The notes: a model not told the origin generated them from the letters alone. A DNA stretch of 64,000 nucleotides from Desulfococcaceae bacterium (GCA_030145385.1 JAQYVU010000007.1:17930-81929), one strand, 5' to 3'. Counted from the stretch's first letter, positions 9,630 through 19,948 are shown. Made by a program: numbers and translations.

Positions 9630-9658
9630 AGCATATGCCCAAATAACTACTATGTCAA
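9630..9658 (-). promoter_or_regulatory. Candidate sigma-70 promoter for the tolC-like/giant-protein operon
   Basis: The minus strand reads TTGACA-17 nt-TATGCT, about 100 nt upstream of the ATG at 9527. Confidence 0.3.
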
Positions 9659-10366
9659 GAACTATATTGATACAATACATTGAATTGACTCGATAGAGGG
9701 TAGGACGGAAAACAAGAAATATATTTTTTTAAGGGTTTGTTGTTTCAATAAAGCATGGCAAAGTCTCATTCATTCTGTTTTTTGACAAACGCCACCCTAC
9801 GCCCCAGAAAAAAAACTCTCTACCGGTGAATGTGCGCTGTAATATCTGGGAACAAAGATTATTCCAAAATAAGTAAATTACTAAAAACTGAGATCAATCT
9901 ATTCCAGCAGAAAACGAGGTGAGCAATACGAGAAAACCGAGGATTTCACGATTCGGAATACAGTATTGCGCTGCTCAGAAATACCTCAGCTTGGCCCCGG
10001 CAGTCCTCGCCTTTTAAATCTGAATCCCATTGCACCTTGCAATATCAATCCTTGGCAAGTTAACCCAAATAGTAAATCAATATATTGTGGTTGAAAAAAT
10101 TCAGAACAACCCCGGATTTCCTGAGTATACATCATTATTTTTATCAGCTTTGTAACCTTCAATACGTCTGCAATCCAAACGAACCCCCCATTCCTATTTT
10201 ATGGGGTACATTACATTCTTCGTCACTGCGGAGTAGCAAGCTATGCTTCATTTCTCAGGATTTTTACGCCTTGCCAGCTTGATGTAATTGGTAATACTTT
10301 TTTCCGCCCATCAGAACCCTTTTTCCCAATTATTAAACATTGGTACAAATCGAAAAAATCACTTTA

Positions 10367-10395
10367 TTGACATAAGACCATCCCTTAAATATAAA
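10367..10395 (+). promoter_or_regulatory. Candidate sigma-70 promoter for the 10468-14615 operon
   Basis: TTGACA (10367-10372), a 17-nt spacer, then TATAAA (10390-10395), ~75 nt upstream of the ATG at 10468. Confidence 0.35.
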
Positions 10396-10467
10396 CTATT
10401 AAATACAAATTATAATTTAACGTAAACCATTTCAGCAATTAACATTACCTGATAGTGAGAATCTGCC

Positions 10468-11586
10468 ATGAGCCTTCGATTTCGACTTTTACTTCTGATG
10501 CTGATGTCCCTGGCATTATTTTTCGGATATCTCAATCTGTTTATTCCGGAAAACATCCCTTACAATTTTGATCGTCTGCACATTTTTCTGTTCAACCTTT
10601 GCAGCGGCGGATCAATTATCCTGTATTTTACCGAAGGCCATCAGAAAGTATCGCCCAAAATTATCGTGTTTCTTGTCATGGCGATAATTTACGCGATATT
10701 TGCTTTTTTTAATATTTATATTCCAGTCCTGGTCATTACCTTAGGCCTGGTGGCGATTGTCGAAAGCGCCCGGATTAAAAAATTTTCTTTCTTTCCTTTT
10801 GATTTCTTCAAATCCGAAGTCCCGGTATCCGCCAAATTCCACCAGGCATCTCTGCTGTGCCTTTCAATGGGACTGGTGATTTCCGGACTGGTGATATTAA
10901 ACAACGAATATTTTAAGGTTGTCACGACCTTCCCCAAACTCCAGCTGGACACCTTTTTCCTGGGATTTTCATTTCCCCTTTCCCTGATCACCATGTCATT
11001 GCTGTTCAGTTTAATGAAAGATAACGGCAAACCCATTCTGTGGATGAAAAACATCGGCTTCTGGTTTGTCAACCTGGGTGTCATCGTTTTCTTTCTTTTT
11101 ATCATTTTAGAAAAACTGATACCCCAGGTGTTTGTCACTTTAATTCTTTTTTCCACCGTCATGATGATTCTGTATCTTCTGGTAAGACTGGGTGAGGACT
11201 TGCAGCAGAAAGCGTTTCTGATTTCCGGCATGGGATTTTTGCTTTATACTGCGGTCACCGGGATCATGTACATCGTCTATGAAATGTCTCCGGATTATGC
11301 CAGCGAAAACTATAAATGGCTGCTGCGCATGCATTCCTTTGCATCCCTGTACGGCTGGAATCTCTGCGGACTCGCCATCATCTGCCGGTTTGAGGATTTT
11401 CCGTTAAAACTTCACTCGTATACCCTGATTGCATTTCACTGGATCACGGTTATTTTTCTAGCGCCCATGGGAACGTATTATAAATTCTTTGCCTGTTCAG
11501 CCACTGTTTGTTTTATTATTATTTTATACGCCGTTATGTTTACAAAAGGGACAGCAGACAAAATCGTATCTGTTTCAAAAAATTAA
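10468..11586 (+). CDS. Polytopic integral membrane protein, family not recognised
   Basis: 372 aa with about ten hydrophobic helices (LLLLMLMSLALFFGYLNLF, IIVFLVMAIIYAIFAFF, FWFVNLGVIVFFLFIIL ...). First gene of a co-directional four-gene cluster. Confidence 0.6.
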   Translation: MSLRFRLLLLMLMSLALFFGYLNLFIPENIPYNFDRLHIFLFNLCSGGSIILYFTEGHQKVSPKIIVFLVMAIIYAIFAFFNIYIPVLVITLGLVAIVESARIKKFSFFPFDFFKSEVPVSAKFHQASLLCLSMGLVISGLVILNNEYFKVVTTFPKLQLDTFFLGFSFPLSLITMSLLFSLMKDNGKPILWMKNIGFWFVNLGVIVFFLFIILEKLIPQVFVTLILFSTVMMILYLLVRLGEDLQQKAFLISGMGFLLYTAVTGIMYIVYEMSPDYASENYKWLLRMHSFASLYGWNLCGLAIICRFEDFPLKLHSYTLIAFHWITVIFLAPMGTYYKFFACSATVCFIIILYAVMFTKGTADKIVSVSKN

Positions 11587-11646
11587 TTTTTCAAACAGAT
11601 CCAATTTAGCCCACCCTGCCCTACAATCCGAATCATAAGGTTATAT

Positions 11647-12393
11647 ATGAGCATCAGAGATAAAATCAGGCAGCATGTATGGAAATCCGCTGAAAACCAC
11701 CGGACCAAAGACATCCGAATCGGACTTGGATACACTGCCGTTATGCTGGATAATGGTCAGGTTGGCCTTGCCTACACCCCGCATCGTGATGTGCCAAACG
11801 GCTGTTCCCTGTTTCCGAATTTCATGCCGGAAAAAGATATTCCCGCAAAAGAACTGCTGAAACTGATAACATCGGATAATACAATTGAGACAGCTGTTGG
11901 TCTTGCCGCTGCCAATGCGATAGCAAGCGCAAATTTAAATGGTTATACAACCGGCGATGTACTGGAAATGAATCCGCTTACTTCAGATGATTATGTGGGA
12001 ATGGTGGGGAATTTTGCCCCCATGGTCTCATCCATTCGAAAAAAAGCTGCAAAACTCATCATATTTGAACAAATCGATCAGCCCAAAGGAGATTTAATCC
12101 CTACCGCTGAAATAGAAAACCGATTGCCGGAATGCACGGTGGCCCTGATCACCGCCACGTCAATTATTAACCACAGCTTTGACCGTATCATAAATGCAGC
12201 TGGAAACTGCCGTGAGATAATCATCTTAGGGGCATCCACCCCGCTAATACCGGATATATTCTCCACAACACCAGTAACCTGTCTGTCCGGTGTTGTCGTG
12301 ACTGATGCGCAGGAAATATTAAGAATCATCAGTTTCGGCGGCGGTATGCGTATGTTTAAACAATGTATTAAAAAAGTGAATCTTAAGGTCTAA
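11647..12393 (+). CDS. DUF4213/DUF364 (Rossmann-like, 'putative chelation') domain protein
   Basis: 248 aa. N-terminal ..IRIGLGYTAVMLDNGQVGLAYT.. and C-terminal ..VALITATSIINHSFDRII....IIILGASTPLIPDIF.. match the pattern I associate with DUF4213+DUF364. Confidence 0.6.
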   Translation: MSIRDKIRQHVWKSAENHRTKDIRIGLGYTAVMLDNGQVGLAYTPHRDVPNGCSLFPNFMPEKDIPAKELLKLITSDNTIETAVGLAAANAIASANLNGYTTGDVLEMNPLTSDDYVGMVGNFAPMVSSIRKKAAKLIIFEQIDQPKGDLIPTAEIENRLPECTVALITATSIINHSFDRIINAAGNCREIIILGASTPLIPDIFSTTPVTCLSGVVVTDAQEILRIISFGGGMRMFKQCIKKVNLKV

Positions 12394-12477
12394 AATAAAA
12401 TCAAAATTACCCTGCAATGAAAAAAAATGCTGTTTAATACAAAATTCGGCTTTTTTGCAAAACTATAGAGGAACACG

Positions 12478-13359
12478 ATGAAATCAAAAATAAGACGAAA
12501 TCATGAAAAATGCAATCTCTGCATGCGCTGTGTGCAGGACTGCGCTTCCGGTGTATGGAAAAAAATCGCCGGCATGCCGGCCATGACGGATCCGGAATTG
12601 TGCAACCAGTGCAGTCACTGCCTGGCTGTCTGCCCGAAAAACGCCATTGAAAACGATTATTTAAAACCCGCAAAGGTGCGACGGGTCAAACGAAAACAGA
12701 TTGATCCGGACGTTTACAAAGAAATCGCTCTGTCCCGTAGAAGCATCCGGCATTTTACAGACGATCCTGTTGATCCGGACACCGTCAAAAAGATTATCGA
12801 AGTCGCACGTTTTTCCCCCACTGCCAGCAACTCACAGCATGTCTCCTATATTGTGATTACCGATCCGGAAGTATTGAAGGAAATTTCCGAGATGGTTTTT
12901 GATCTGGCGGTTTCCTTTTATAAATACTCCACTACCCGAAGCGGGCAATTTATTTTTAAAGGGCTCAAGATGAGCGCGGCCGTCGAAGCCATGCTTGAAA
13001 AATACATTGAACCCATGGCCTATTACATTGAGCTGAAAGATGCCGGACGGGATCTGATATTGCACCATGCACCGGTGCTGATGTTATTGCACGGGCCTGG
13101 AATGTCTTTTTTCGGGGCGGACAACTGCAATATTGCGGCAGCAAACATTACCAACTATGCCCACAGCCTGGGCCTGGGATCCTGCTATATCGGATTTGTG
13201 ACCATTTTATCCCGAATCAGTAAAAAATTATGCCGTCTGGTCAACCTGCCCAAAAGCAGAAAAGTCTATGCCAGCGTGGTTCTCGGGCATCCGTCAATCA
13301 AACACACCAATATCGTATCCCGAATACAGCCCGAAATTACGTGGGTTGACGGCAAATAA
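12478..13359 (+). CDS. Ferredoxin (2x[4Fe-4S])-fused nitroreductase-family protein
   Basis: CNLCMRCVQDC and CNQCSHCLAVCP cluster motifs, followed by a nitroreductase fold signature (RRSIRHFTDDPV...ARFSPTASNSQ). Confidence 0.75.
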   Translation: MKSKIRRNHEKCNLCMRCVQDCASGVWKKIAGMPAMTDPELCNQCSHCLAVCPKNAIENDYLKPAKVRRVKRKQIDPDVYKEIALSRRSIRHFTDDPVDPDTVKKIIEVARFSPTASNSQHVSYIVITDPEVLKEISEMVFDLAVSFYKYSTTRSGQFIFKGLKMSAAVEAMLEKYIEPMAYYIELKDAGRDLILHHAPVLMLLHGPGMSFFGADNCNIAAANITNYAHSLGLGSCYIGFVTILSRISKKLCRLVNLPKSRKVYASVVLGHPSIKHTNIVSRIQPEITWVDGK

Positions 13360-13364
13360 ATTAA

Positions 13365-14615
13365 ATGACGGACCCAAAACCCAAAATATATTATGGCTGG
13401 TATATTGCCACCGTGGCTTTCTGGGGATATTTTCTGGCTGTGGGCACGGGGTTCTATGCATTTAACGCATTTTTAGAACCGTTGTGCAATGCCCGGGGCT
13501 GGACCCGCACCGACTTAAATCTTGCCCTGGTCATCGGGACAATATTCGGGTTTTCCAGCCAGTACATTTTCGGCACCATTTTAATGAAAACCGGTATAAG
13601 ACGTCTCATGCTTGCTGGTTCACTGACTGCAGGTATATCGTTTATATTCATGGCACGGGTTCAAAGTTTGTGGCAGTTTTATCTGTTTTATTCCCTTTTA
13701 TTTATCGGCAACGGAGCATACGGCGGGATTGTTGCCAGCACTGCGGTCAATAACTGGTTTGTTGAAAAAAGGGGGAAGGCCATTGGGCTTGCAACTGCCG
13801 GGATGTCTCTTTCCGGCGCGATTCTTCCGGTTGCGGCCCTTTTACTGATTCAGTATATTGGCATTGAAAATGCGGCCTTGTGTATCGGCTTGGTGATGAT
13901 TTTATTCGGACCCATGGCATGGAAAATTGTTAAAGACTGGCCGGAAGATATGGGAATGCTCCCGGATGGGCTGCCGGTCAATAAAGACAGTTATACGACC
14001 GGACAAATTCAGATTCATGTCCCCCCTTCCGTTACGTCGTCTGATGAATGGCCGCTGGCCAGACTGGTTCGAACCGATGTTTTCTGGAAGCTCGGAGCCG
14101 CTTTCGGCCTGATGATGATCGGAACAGTTGGCGTCATGTCCCAGCTTAAACCCCGTTTTGCGGATACCGGTTTTTCTCATATGACGGCCATGATGATGAT
14201 GGCTGCCACGGCGCTGGTCGGTGCTGCCGGGAAATACAGCTGGGGACTGATGTGCGACCGGTTTGATCCCAAACGGGTTGCCATTGCAATGACCGTTGCA
14301 AATGCATTGGGGCTGGGGCTGGCTCTGGTAAAAAATTCAATGACGGCTTTAATTATTTTTATCCCTGTATTCGGTTTTTCCATGGGCGGTATCATGTCCA
14401 CCTTTCCCATTATTGTTGCCACTCTTTTTGGCCGAAAAAATTTTGCGTCAGTGCTTCGTTATATTTCAATTTTCCTGATTCTGCAGATGTTCGGATATAT
14501 CATCGCCGGTCAGAGTTTCGACATCACCGGATCATATGATACTGCGTACTGGATTTTTATCAGCCTGGATTTGATCGCGGCTCTGTTGCTTTGTTCCCTG
14601 AAAAAAAACAATTGA
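13365..14615 (+). CDS. MFS transporter (oxalate/formate-antiporter-like subfamily)
   Basis: 416 aa with a 12-helix hydrophobic pattern and a central soluble loop. It starts 5 nt after the preceding gene. Confidence 0.7.
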   Translation: MTDPKPKIYYGWYIATVAFWGYFLAVGTGFYAFNAFLEPLCNARGWTRTDLNLALVIGTIFGFSSQYIFGTILMKTGIRRLMLAGSLTAGISFIFMARVQSLWQFYLFYSLLFIGNGAYGGIVASTAVNNWFVEKRGKAIGLATAGMSLSGAILPVAALLLIQYIGIENAALCIGLVMILFGPMAWKIVKDWPEDMGMLPDGLPVNKDSYTTGQIQIHVPPSVTSSDEWPLARLVRTDVFWKLGAAFGLMMIGTVGVMSQLKPRFADTGFSHMTAMMMMAATALVGAAGKYSWGLMCDRFDPKRVAIAMTVANALGLGLALVKNSMTALIIFIPVFGFSMGGIMSTFPIIVATLFGRKNFASVLRYISIFLILQMFGYIIAGQSFDITGSYDTAYWIFISLDLIAALLLCSLKKNN

Positions 14616-14987
14616 TATTGTAGGCAAATGTAGCGGGAGTCGGGCGGATATAAATGTTTTCTTTCTCTTCTTCTTGCTTGATGCTCATACAATTTATTTT
14701 TACTACAACCACCAACCGTTGTTGTTACCATAAACACAAAAATAAATACTGAAAGCGCAGCTGATTGCGAACTCATAATAATGGGCCGGTGAGCAGGATT
14801 CACTTATAGAGAGATTGTAAAACACATTAAAATGTATGGGTTTATATTGGGTAGACCTTTCTTAATATAAAATAATTCAGCCCCCATGCCACCGCATTAC
14901 AAATAATCTTGCTGGAATAACAAATCAATCATTGTCATATTATATACAATATCAAATAGTTTAATTGATTTAATATTTTTTAGCTCT

Positions 14988-16220
14988 TCAGTTTACCGAT
15001 TCCTTAATCAGCCGACCGACAGTAAGGCCCTGAATAATAATTGAAAACACCACAACAACATAAGTAAATGTCAAGATCGCATCGCGGGGCGCTTCGGCAG
15101 GCAAAGACAGGGCCAATGCAACGGATATTCCGCCGCGCAGTCCGCCCCATGTGAGAATTTTAATTACATTGGGAGAAAACTTTCGTCGATATCGGAACAT
15201 CATCACCGGTATGGAAACCGATATGAACCGGGCGGAAAGCACAATGGGTATCATTGCAAGGGCCACCCAAAACAAATAGGAATAAAAAGGAACAATCAGA
15301 ATTTCCAATCCGATCAGGACAAACAAAACCGCATTTAAAATTTCATCCAGCAGCTCCCAGAAATTATCCAGATGCTCTCGGGTATTTTCAGACATCCCCA
15401 GCATCCGTCCGTGATTTCCGATAAGGAGTCCTGCAACAACGATGGCAATCGGAGCAGATAAATGCAGCATACGGGCAAAAGAATAGCCCCCCATAACAAG
15501 ACCCAGTGTCAACAAAACTTCCACCTGGTAATTATCCACGCCCCGGAGCATCAGAAACGTGATATATCCGGCCCCGAACCCAAAAACTGCGCCGCCGACC
15601 GCTTCTTGAAAAAACAAACCCAGGGCGTCTGAGATTCCAATTTCCTGTCCGCCGGCGGCAACTCCGGAAAGAATCAGAAACACAACAACACCAACGCCAT
15701 CATTAAACAAAGATTCACCGGAAATTTTTGTTTCAAGAGACTTTGGCGCACCGGCGGTTTTTAAAATTGATAACACGGAAATCGGATCCGTGGGGGATAT
15801 CAGTGCACCAAACAGGAGGCAATAAATCAATGGGATTTCGGTACCGATCATATACAGCAGCCAGTAGCTGGCTCCGCCGACAATCATGGTGGAAATCAAT
15901 ACACCGAATGTTGCCAGAAATGAAATGACATATTTCTGCTGCCCCAAATCATTAATATTGATATGTAATGCACCGGCAAAAAGCAGAAAACTCAGCATTC
16001 CATGCATCAGCGTTTCGTCAAAATCAATGGTTCGGATCATATCTGCGGCCAATGCATCAAACTGAAAACCCATCTTCCCCAAAAATATGATAACCATGGA
16101 TATCACCAATGAAATGAGCATCAATCCGACGGCTGTCGGCAGACGAAAAAAACGGTGGTTAATATAGGCAAAAACGCCTGCAAGCGTAACTATCCCTGAT
16201 GTCACATTAAGAGCATCCAT
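14988..16220 (-). CDS. nhaP: Na+/H+ (cation:proton) antiporter, CPA1/NhaP type
   Basis: 410 aa polytopic protein. ..LFGALISPTDPISVL.. and ..GESLFNDGVGVVVF.. are the conserved CPA1 motifs. Confidence 0.75.
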   Translation of the reverse strand: MDALNVTSGIVTLAGVFAYINHRFFRLPTAVGLMLISLVISMVIIFLGKMGFQFDALAADMIRTIDFDETLMHGMLSFLLFAGALHININDLGQQKYVISFLATFGVLISTMIVGGASYWLLYMIGTEIPLIYCLLFGALISPTDPISVLSILKTAGAPKSLETKISGESLFNDGVGVVVFLILSGVAAGGQEIGISDALGLFFQEAVGGAVFGFGAGYITFLMLRGVDNYQVEVLLTLGLVMGGYSFARMLHLSAPIAIVVAGLLIGNHGRMLGMSENTREHLDNFWELLDEILNAVLFVLIGLEILIVPFYSYLFWVALAMIPIVLSARFISVSIPVMMFRYRRKFSPNVIKILTWGGLRGGISVALALSLPAEAPRDAILTFTYVVVVFSIIIQGLTVGRLIKESVN

Positions 16221-16512
16221 TTGTAAATCCTTCCAATAATTTTAAGCAACCGCTGAATGGAATATGTAATTCATGTCAAGCCTGTTGACTGTTCAAAAAC
16301 AATAAGTTATTATGAATTTAAATCAATTATCTGAATTTTCTGGTTTCTCATACTTCACCAAATCCGGGTTCTACTTTTCATTGTATTTTTATAAAACTTC
16401 ATTTAAATTATAAAACTACACCTTATGAATATTAAGTTGAGTCTTTTCTAAAAGGGATCCATTTTTAAACAGCATAAACAGCAGTTTTAAAAAACTGTAT
16501 CGGAATTATTGT

Positions 16513-18012
16513 ATGGCAACACATCAAGAAAATAAAGATATTGCAATTGGACAGTTAAAAAACATATCCACATGGGTCTCCTCTGTCCAGGATCTTAACC
16601 AGCTTCTTGAACTCATCCTCCACACCGGAACCCGTATCATGCGCGCCAAGGCCAGCTCACTGCTGCTTTTGGATCAGAAAACGCAGAAACTCTATTTTAA
16701 GGTCACCACCGGCACCCAGAAAGACAAAATGAAAAACTTTGAAATCAGCCTCGGCCAGGGGATTGTCGGGCATGTGGCTGAAACCGGTGAGCCGCTTTTA
16801 ATCGAAGACGTTGCCCAGGATAAGCGATGGTATCGCAATATCAGCGATGAAATCGGGTTTAAAACACAATCCATCCTGTGCGTCCCCATGAAAGTCAAAG
16901 ACAATGTCATTGGTGCAATCGAATTTATCAATAAGGCGGAAGGTGAAGCTTTCCAGAAAAGCGACCTTGAGCTGCTCAATGTTTTTGCCGACGTTGCGGC
17001 ACTGGCAATAGTTAATGCCAAAAAATTTCAAATCGCTGAACGGGAAAATAAAGGATTAAAACAGGCCCTTGGCTTCACCCACCTGATCATCGGCCAGAGC
17101 AAAGACATCAAAGAGGTGGTGGCGGACGCACTTAAGGTGGCGGATTCTAAAGCCAGCACGCTTATCTTAGGAGAAAGCGGAACCGGCAAGGAACTTCTGG
17201 CCCGACTGATTCATCAGACAAGTTCCAGAAAAGAACGCTATATGGTCACGCTTAATTGTGCGGCTGTACCTGAAACACTGTTGGAAGATGAGTTGTTCGG
17301 CCATGAAAAAGGGTCGTTTACGGGTGCCAATGAAAGAAAAATCGGAAAACTGGAACTGGCCGACGGCAGCACTTTATTCCTTGATGAAATCGGTGAAATG
17401 AGTCCCGCCATGCAGGCAAAAGTACTCCGCGTATTGCAGGACGGCATTTTTTACCGGGTTGGCGGAAACACGCCCATCTCTGTTGACATTCGAATCATTG
17501 CCGCAACCAACCAGAATCTTTCCGAAGGGATTGCTAAAGGAGAGTTCAGAGAAGACCTTTATTATCGTTTAAATGTTGTTGAACTTCACATGCCCCCGCT
17601 TCGTGAACGCAAAAAAGACATTCCGCTGATTGCACGGCATTTTGTGGATATGTTTCAAAAAGAAAAAGGTCACTTTCAAATAGAGGTTTCCCCGGCAGCC
17701 ATGGATATCATGACGAAATATGACTGGCCGGGAAATGTCAGAGAACTTCGAAACGCCATTGAACGGGCTGTTGTCATGGGCAACGGCAGGGAGATCCTGC
17801 CCGAGGATCTGCCGATTCTGAATACACAATCAAATATTGAAAGCATAGAATTCGGCCATACGCTTCAGGAAGCGGTTGATGATTTTAAAAAGAAATTCAT
17901 CAAAGTAAACCTGGAGCATACCAACGGCAACCAGAGCAAAGCTGCTGCCGTAATGGGTATCCAGCGAACCTATCTTTCCCGCCTGATCTCAAAATACGAT
18001 ATGAAAAAATAA
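16513..18012 (+). CDS. Sigma-54-dependent transcriptional activator (GAF sensor - AAA+ - Fis-type HTH)
   Basis: N-terminal GAF-like domain, Walker A GESGTGKE, GAFTGA-loop variant GSFTGA, ELFGHEKG, and a C-terminal HTH QSKAAAVMGIQRTYLSRLISKY. Confidence 0.9.
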   Translation: MATHQENKDIAIGQLKNISTWVSSVQDLNQLLELILHTGTRIMRAKASSLLLLDQKTQKLYFKVTTGTQKDKMKNFEISLGQGIVGHVAETGEPLLIEDVAQDKRWYRNISDEIGFKTQSILCVPMKVKDNVIGAIEFINKAEGEAFQKSDLELLNVFADVAALAIVNAKKFQIAERENKGLKQALGFTHLIIGQSKDIKEVVADALKVADSKASTLILGESGTGKELLARLIHQTSSRKERYMVTLNCAAVPETLLEDELFGHEKGSFTGANERKIGKLELADGSTLFLDEIGEMSPAMQAKVLRVLQDGIFYRVGGNTPISVDIRIIAATNQNLSEGIAKGEFREDLYYRLNVVELHMPPLRERKKDIPLIARHFVDMFQKEKGHFQIEVSPAAMDIMTKYDWPGNVRELRNAIERAVVMGNGREILPEDLPILNTQSNIESIEFGHTLQEAVDDFKKKFIKVNLEHTNGNQSKAAAVMGIQRTYLSRLISKYDMKK

Positions 18013-18198
18013 TACATCTGATCAAATACGTTTTTTATTACCGTTCAGGTTATACTTTTTCATATAAATATGCACAAAAAGATACACTTGTGCCTGCGCT
18101 AAAAGTTATTATTTTCTATACAATTCTTTAAAAACCATTTTTTTTTTAAAGCCTTTCAAAGACGCATTTCCCCATCCTTATATTTTCAAATAATAGAC

Positions 18199-18236
18199 CC
18201 TTAAAACTCTGATTTTAAGGATAATTATTTATCCTT
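18199..18236. promoter_or_regulatory. Two overlapping palindromes, candidate upstream activator sequence (UAS) for the EBP
   Basis: CCTTAAAActctgaTTTTAAGG (18199-18220) and AAGGATAAttatTTATCCTT (18217-18236), ~100-135 nt upstream of the -24 element. Confidence 0.3.
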
Positions 18237-18333
18237 AAACAAAGTATCGAGTCAAAACCACCGGCCCGTTTTTCGTGCTAATGCGGATATTACACATAAG
18301 AAATCTGATCAAAAAAACATAAAGCCCCATTAT

Positions 18334-18349
18334 TGGCATTTCTCTTGCT
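18334..18349 (+). promoter_or_regulatory. Sigma-54 (-24/-12) promoter
   Basis: TGGCATTTCTCTTGCT has GG (18335-6) and GC (18347-8) at the canonical spacing of TGGCAC-N5-TTGCW. It lies 62 nt upstream of the ATG at 18412 and just downstream of a sigma-54 EBP gene. Confidence 0.6.
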
Positions 18350-18411
18350 TTATTTATTATCAAATCGAAACAGCCGTTCGATTAAACCTGAGCCGAAAAG
18401 GACCAAAAAAA

Positions 18412-18963
18412 ATGACAGGAAATGCCTTTTACTTGAATTTGATAAAATTTGTGACAATGGCATTTGTCCTGGCTTTTACTGCTTATGCAGCGAACGCAAA
18501 TGAAGTAATTATGGACCTTGAACCCTTTCCTGTATGCACCAGCTGTCTTGACGAAAATTCCGACAGCAATAACCCGACGATGATAACAGCTACCGAATCA
18601 GAGCGATCACTGCTTTCCGTTGATCTTCCCAGGATCAGCTTGGGGGGCAACGGAATGATTTCAGTGGCGGTATTAAATCCTGACCTTACCGATTTTGATT
18701 CTGTCCGATTTGCTATTGTAGAAGTTGCAGACCTGGAAATCGCAGCCGAATATCTGAGCTATTCTTTAAAAGACATTAACCAGGATGAAAAAACGGATAT
18801 TGTATTTTATTTTTCTACCCGGGATTTAATGCCGTCACATCCTGTAACTGAAAAAAATGAGCATGATGCATGCCTGATCATTGATATCCTGAAAACAGAT
18901 AACTCAATCAGCAACTACAGCCTTTGCGAACATGCTTTCTTCATCGAACAGGACAATATTTAA
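18412..18963 (+). CDS. Small secreted protein, unknown function (probable target of the sigma-54 promoter)
   Basis: 183 aa. Signal-peptide-like N-terminus (..FVTMAFVLAFTAYAANA) and an AAAGGA Shine-Dalgarno 9 nt upstream. No family recognised. Confidence 0.55.
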   Translation: MTGNAFYLNLIKFVTMAFVLAFTAYAANANEVIMDLEPFPVCTSCLDENSDSNNPTMITATESERSLLSVDLPRISLGGNGMISVAVLNPDLTDFDSVRFAIVEVADLEIAAEYLSYSLKDINQDEKTDIVFYFSTRDLMPSHPVTEKNEHDACLIIDILKTDNSISNYSLCEHAFFIEQDNI

Positions 18964-19051
18964 GACGAAAATGACAGACTGCTTACATAAAATTACGAAA
19001 TCTTTTTTCACAGCAAAATCAGTACCCCAAAATTTTAATGGGTTATTTAAT

Positions 19052-19229
19052 AAATTGTGCATAAGCCGCCGTCAAAAAGAGCATTCAAGCTTACCTTATC
19101 CCCTCTCCCTGATACGGGCCGTCTTCCGCTTGGAAAGGCCAATGTCTGTCCCCTTTTGGATTCAAACCCTGATCCTGCCTAAATGCTCTGAAAGAAAAAT
19201 CACTTGACGGCGGGCTTTATGCATAATTT
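19052..19229. repeat. Long inverted-repeat element (~24-26-bp arms around ~130 bp) between convergent genes
   Basis: aaattgtgcataagccgccgtcaa (19052-19075) matches the reverse complement of ttgacggcgggctttatgcataattt (19204-19229). An inner pair, gagcatt / aatgctc, extends the stem. Confidence 0.7.
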
Positions 19230-19298
19230 AAAACATAGACGCACCTAAAATTTTATTGGATTTTTCCCGTTAAACCATGTTCACCACATCTCTGAGCA

Positions 19299-19925
19299 TT
19301 ATTTCTGGTGCCGGGGTATTTTCTTGTTCAATATAAAATCACAATGATTTTTTCCATAAGCAATGGTGTTTTCCCAGCAATCCCCTCTGTCAAATGAAAA
19401 ATCGGGAAATGCCTGAGGAAAAAATTCTTTATCCACATCACAAATCAGACTCGTCAATTCAGGCGTACCGGCTTCCAGGAAAAAATCATACACCACACAC
19501 CGTTTTATAATGTAATGGCAGGTGGTTTCATTCAATGTGATGTATTCTCTGACATTAAATTTCGCTTCATCATTTTTAAACATGAAATCATTAAACGCCA
19601 TTAAACGCGGCATGCCTGACAAATCTGCCAGATTCAGGGAATTGAAAAGTTTTCTCACTGCATTGCAACCAATGGGAACCAGCAGGCGTCTCATTACATC
19701 AAACGCTTTTTGTTTTCCAATTTTTTCCCCAAGTTTCAAGTACAATCCCGATGCCATGGCAAGGCGTTTGACATACGCAGCTTCCTGCCTGCAAACAGAG
19801 TCCGATGCCCATCGGGTTTGTCTGAATATTTTATTTTTTTCCAACAGCGACATGCCGACAAGCACCGGCAACGCAGCACCGACTTCAGATCTTAAAGTAG
19901 AGATAATGTGTATGATCATTGTCAT
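19299..19925 (-). CDS. L-2-amino-thiazoline-4-carboxylic acid (ATC) hydrolase-like family protein
   Basis: 208 aa. The C-terminal pattern ..RCVVYDFFLEAGTPELTSLICDVDKEFF....FDRGDCWENTIAYGKNHCDFIL resembles the PF14196-type signature (C..f.e.G.peL...C..D......R...la.G...CDF). Confidence 0.45.
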   Translation of the reverse strand: MTMIIHIISTLRSEVGAALPVLVGMSLLEKNKIFRQTRWASDSVCRQEAAYVKRLAMASGLYLKLGEKIGKQKAFDVMRRLLVPIGCNAVRKLFNSLNLADLSGMPRLMAFNDFMFKNDEAKFNVREYITLNETTCHYIIKRCVVYDFFLEAGTPELTSLICDVDKEFFPQAFPDFSFDRGDCWENTIAYGKNHCDFILNKKIPRHQK

Positions 19926-19948
19926 CCTTTAAAAGATAAATCACGACA

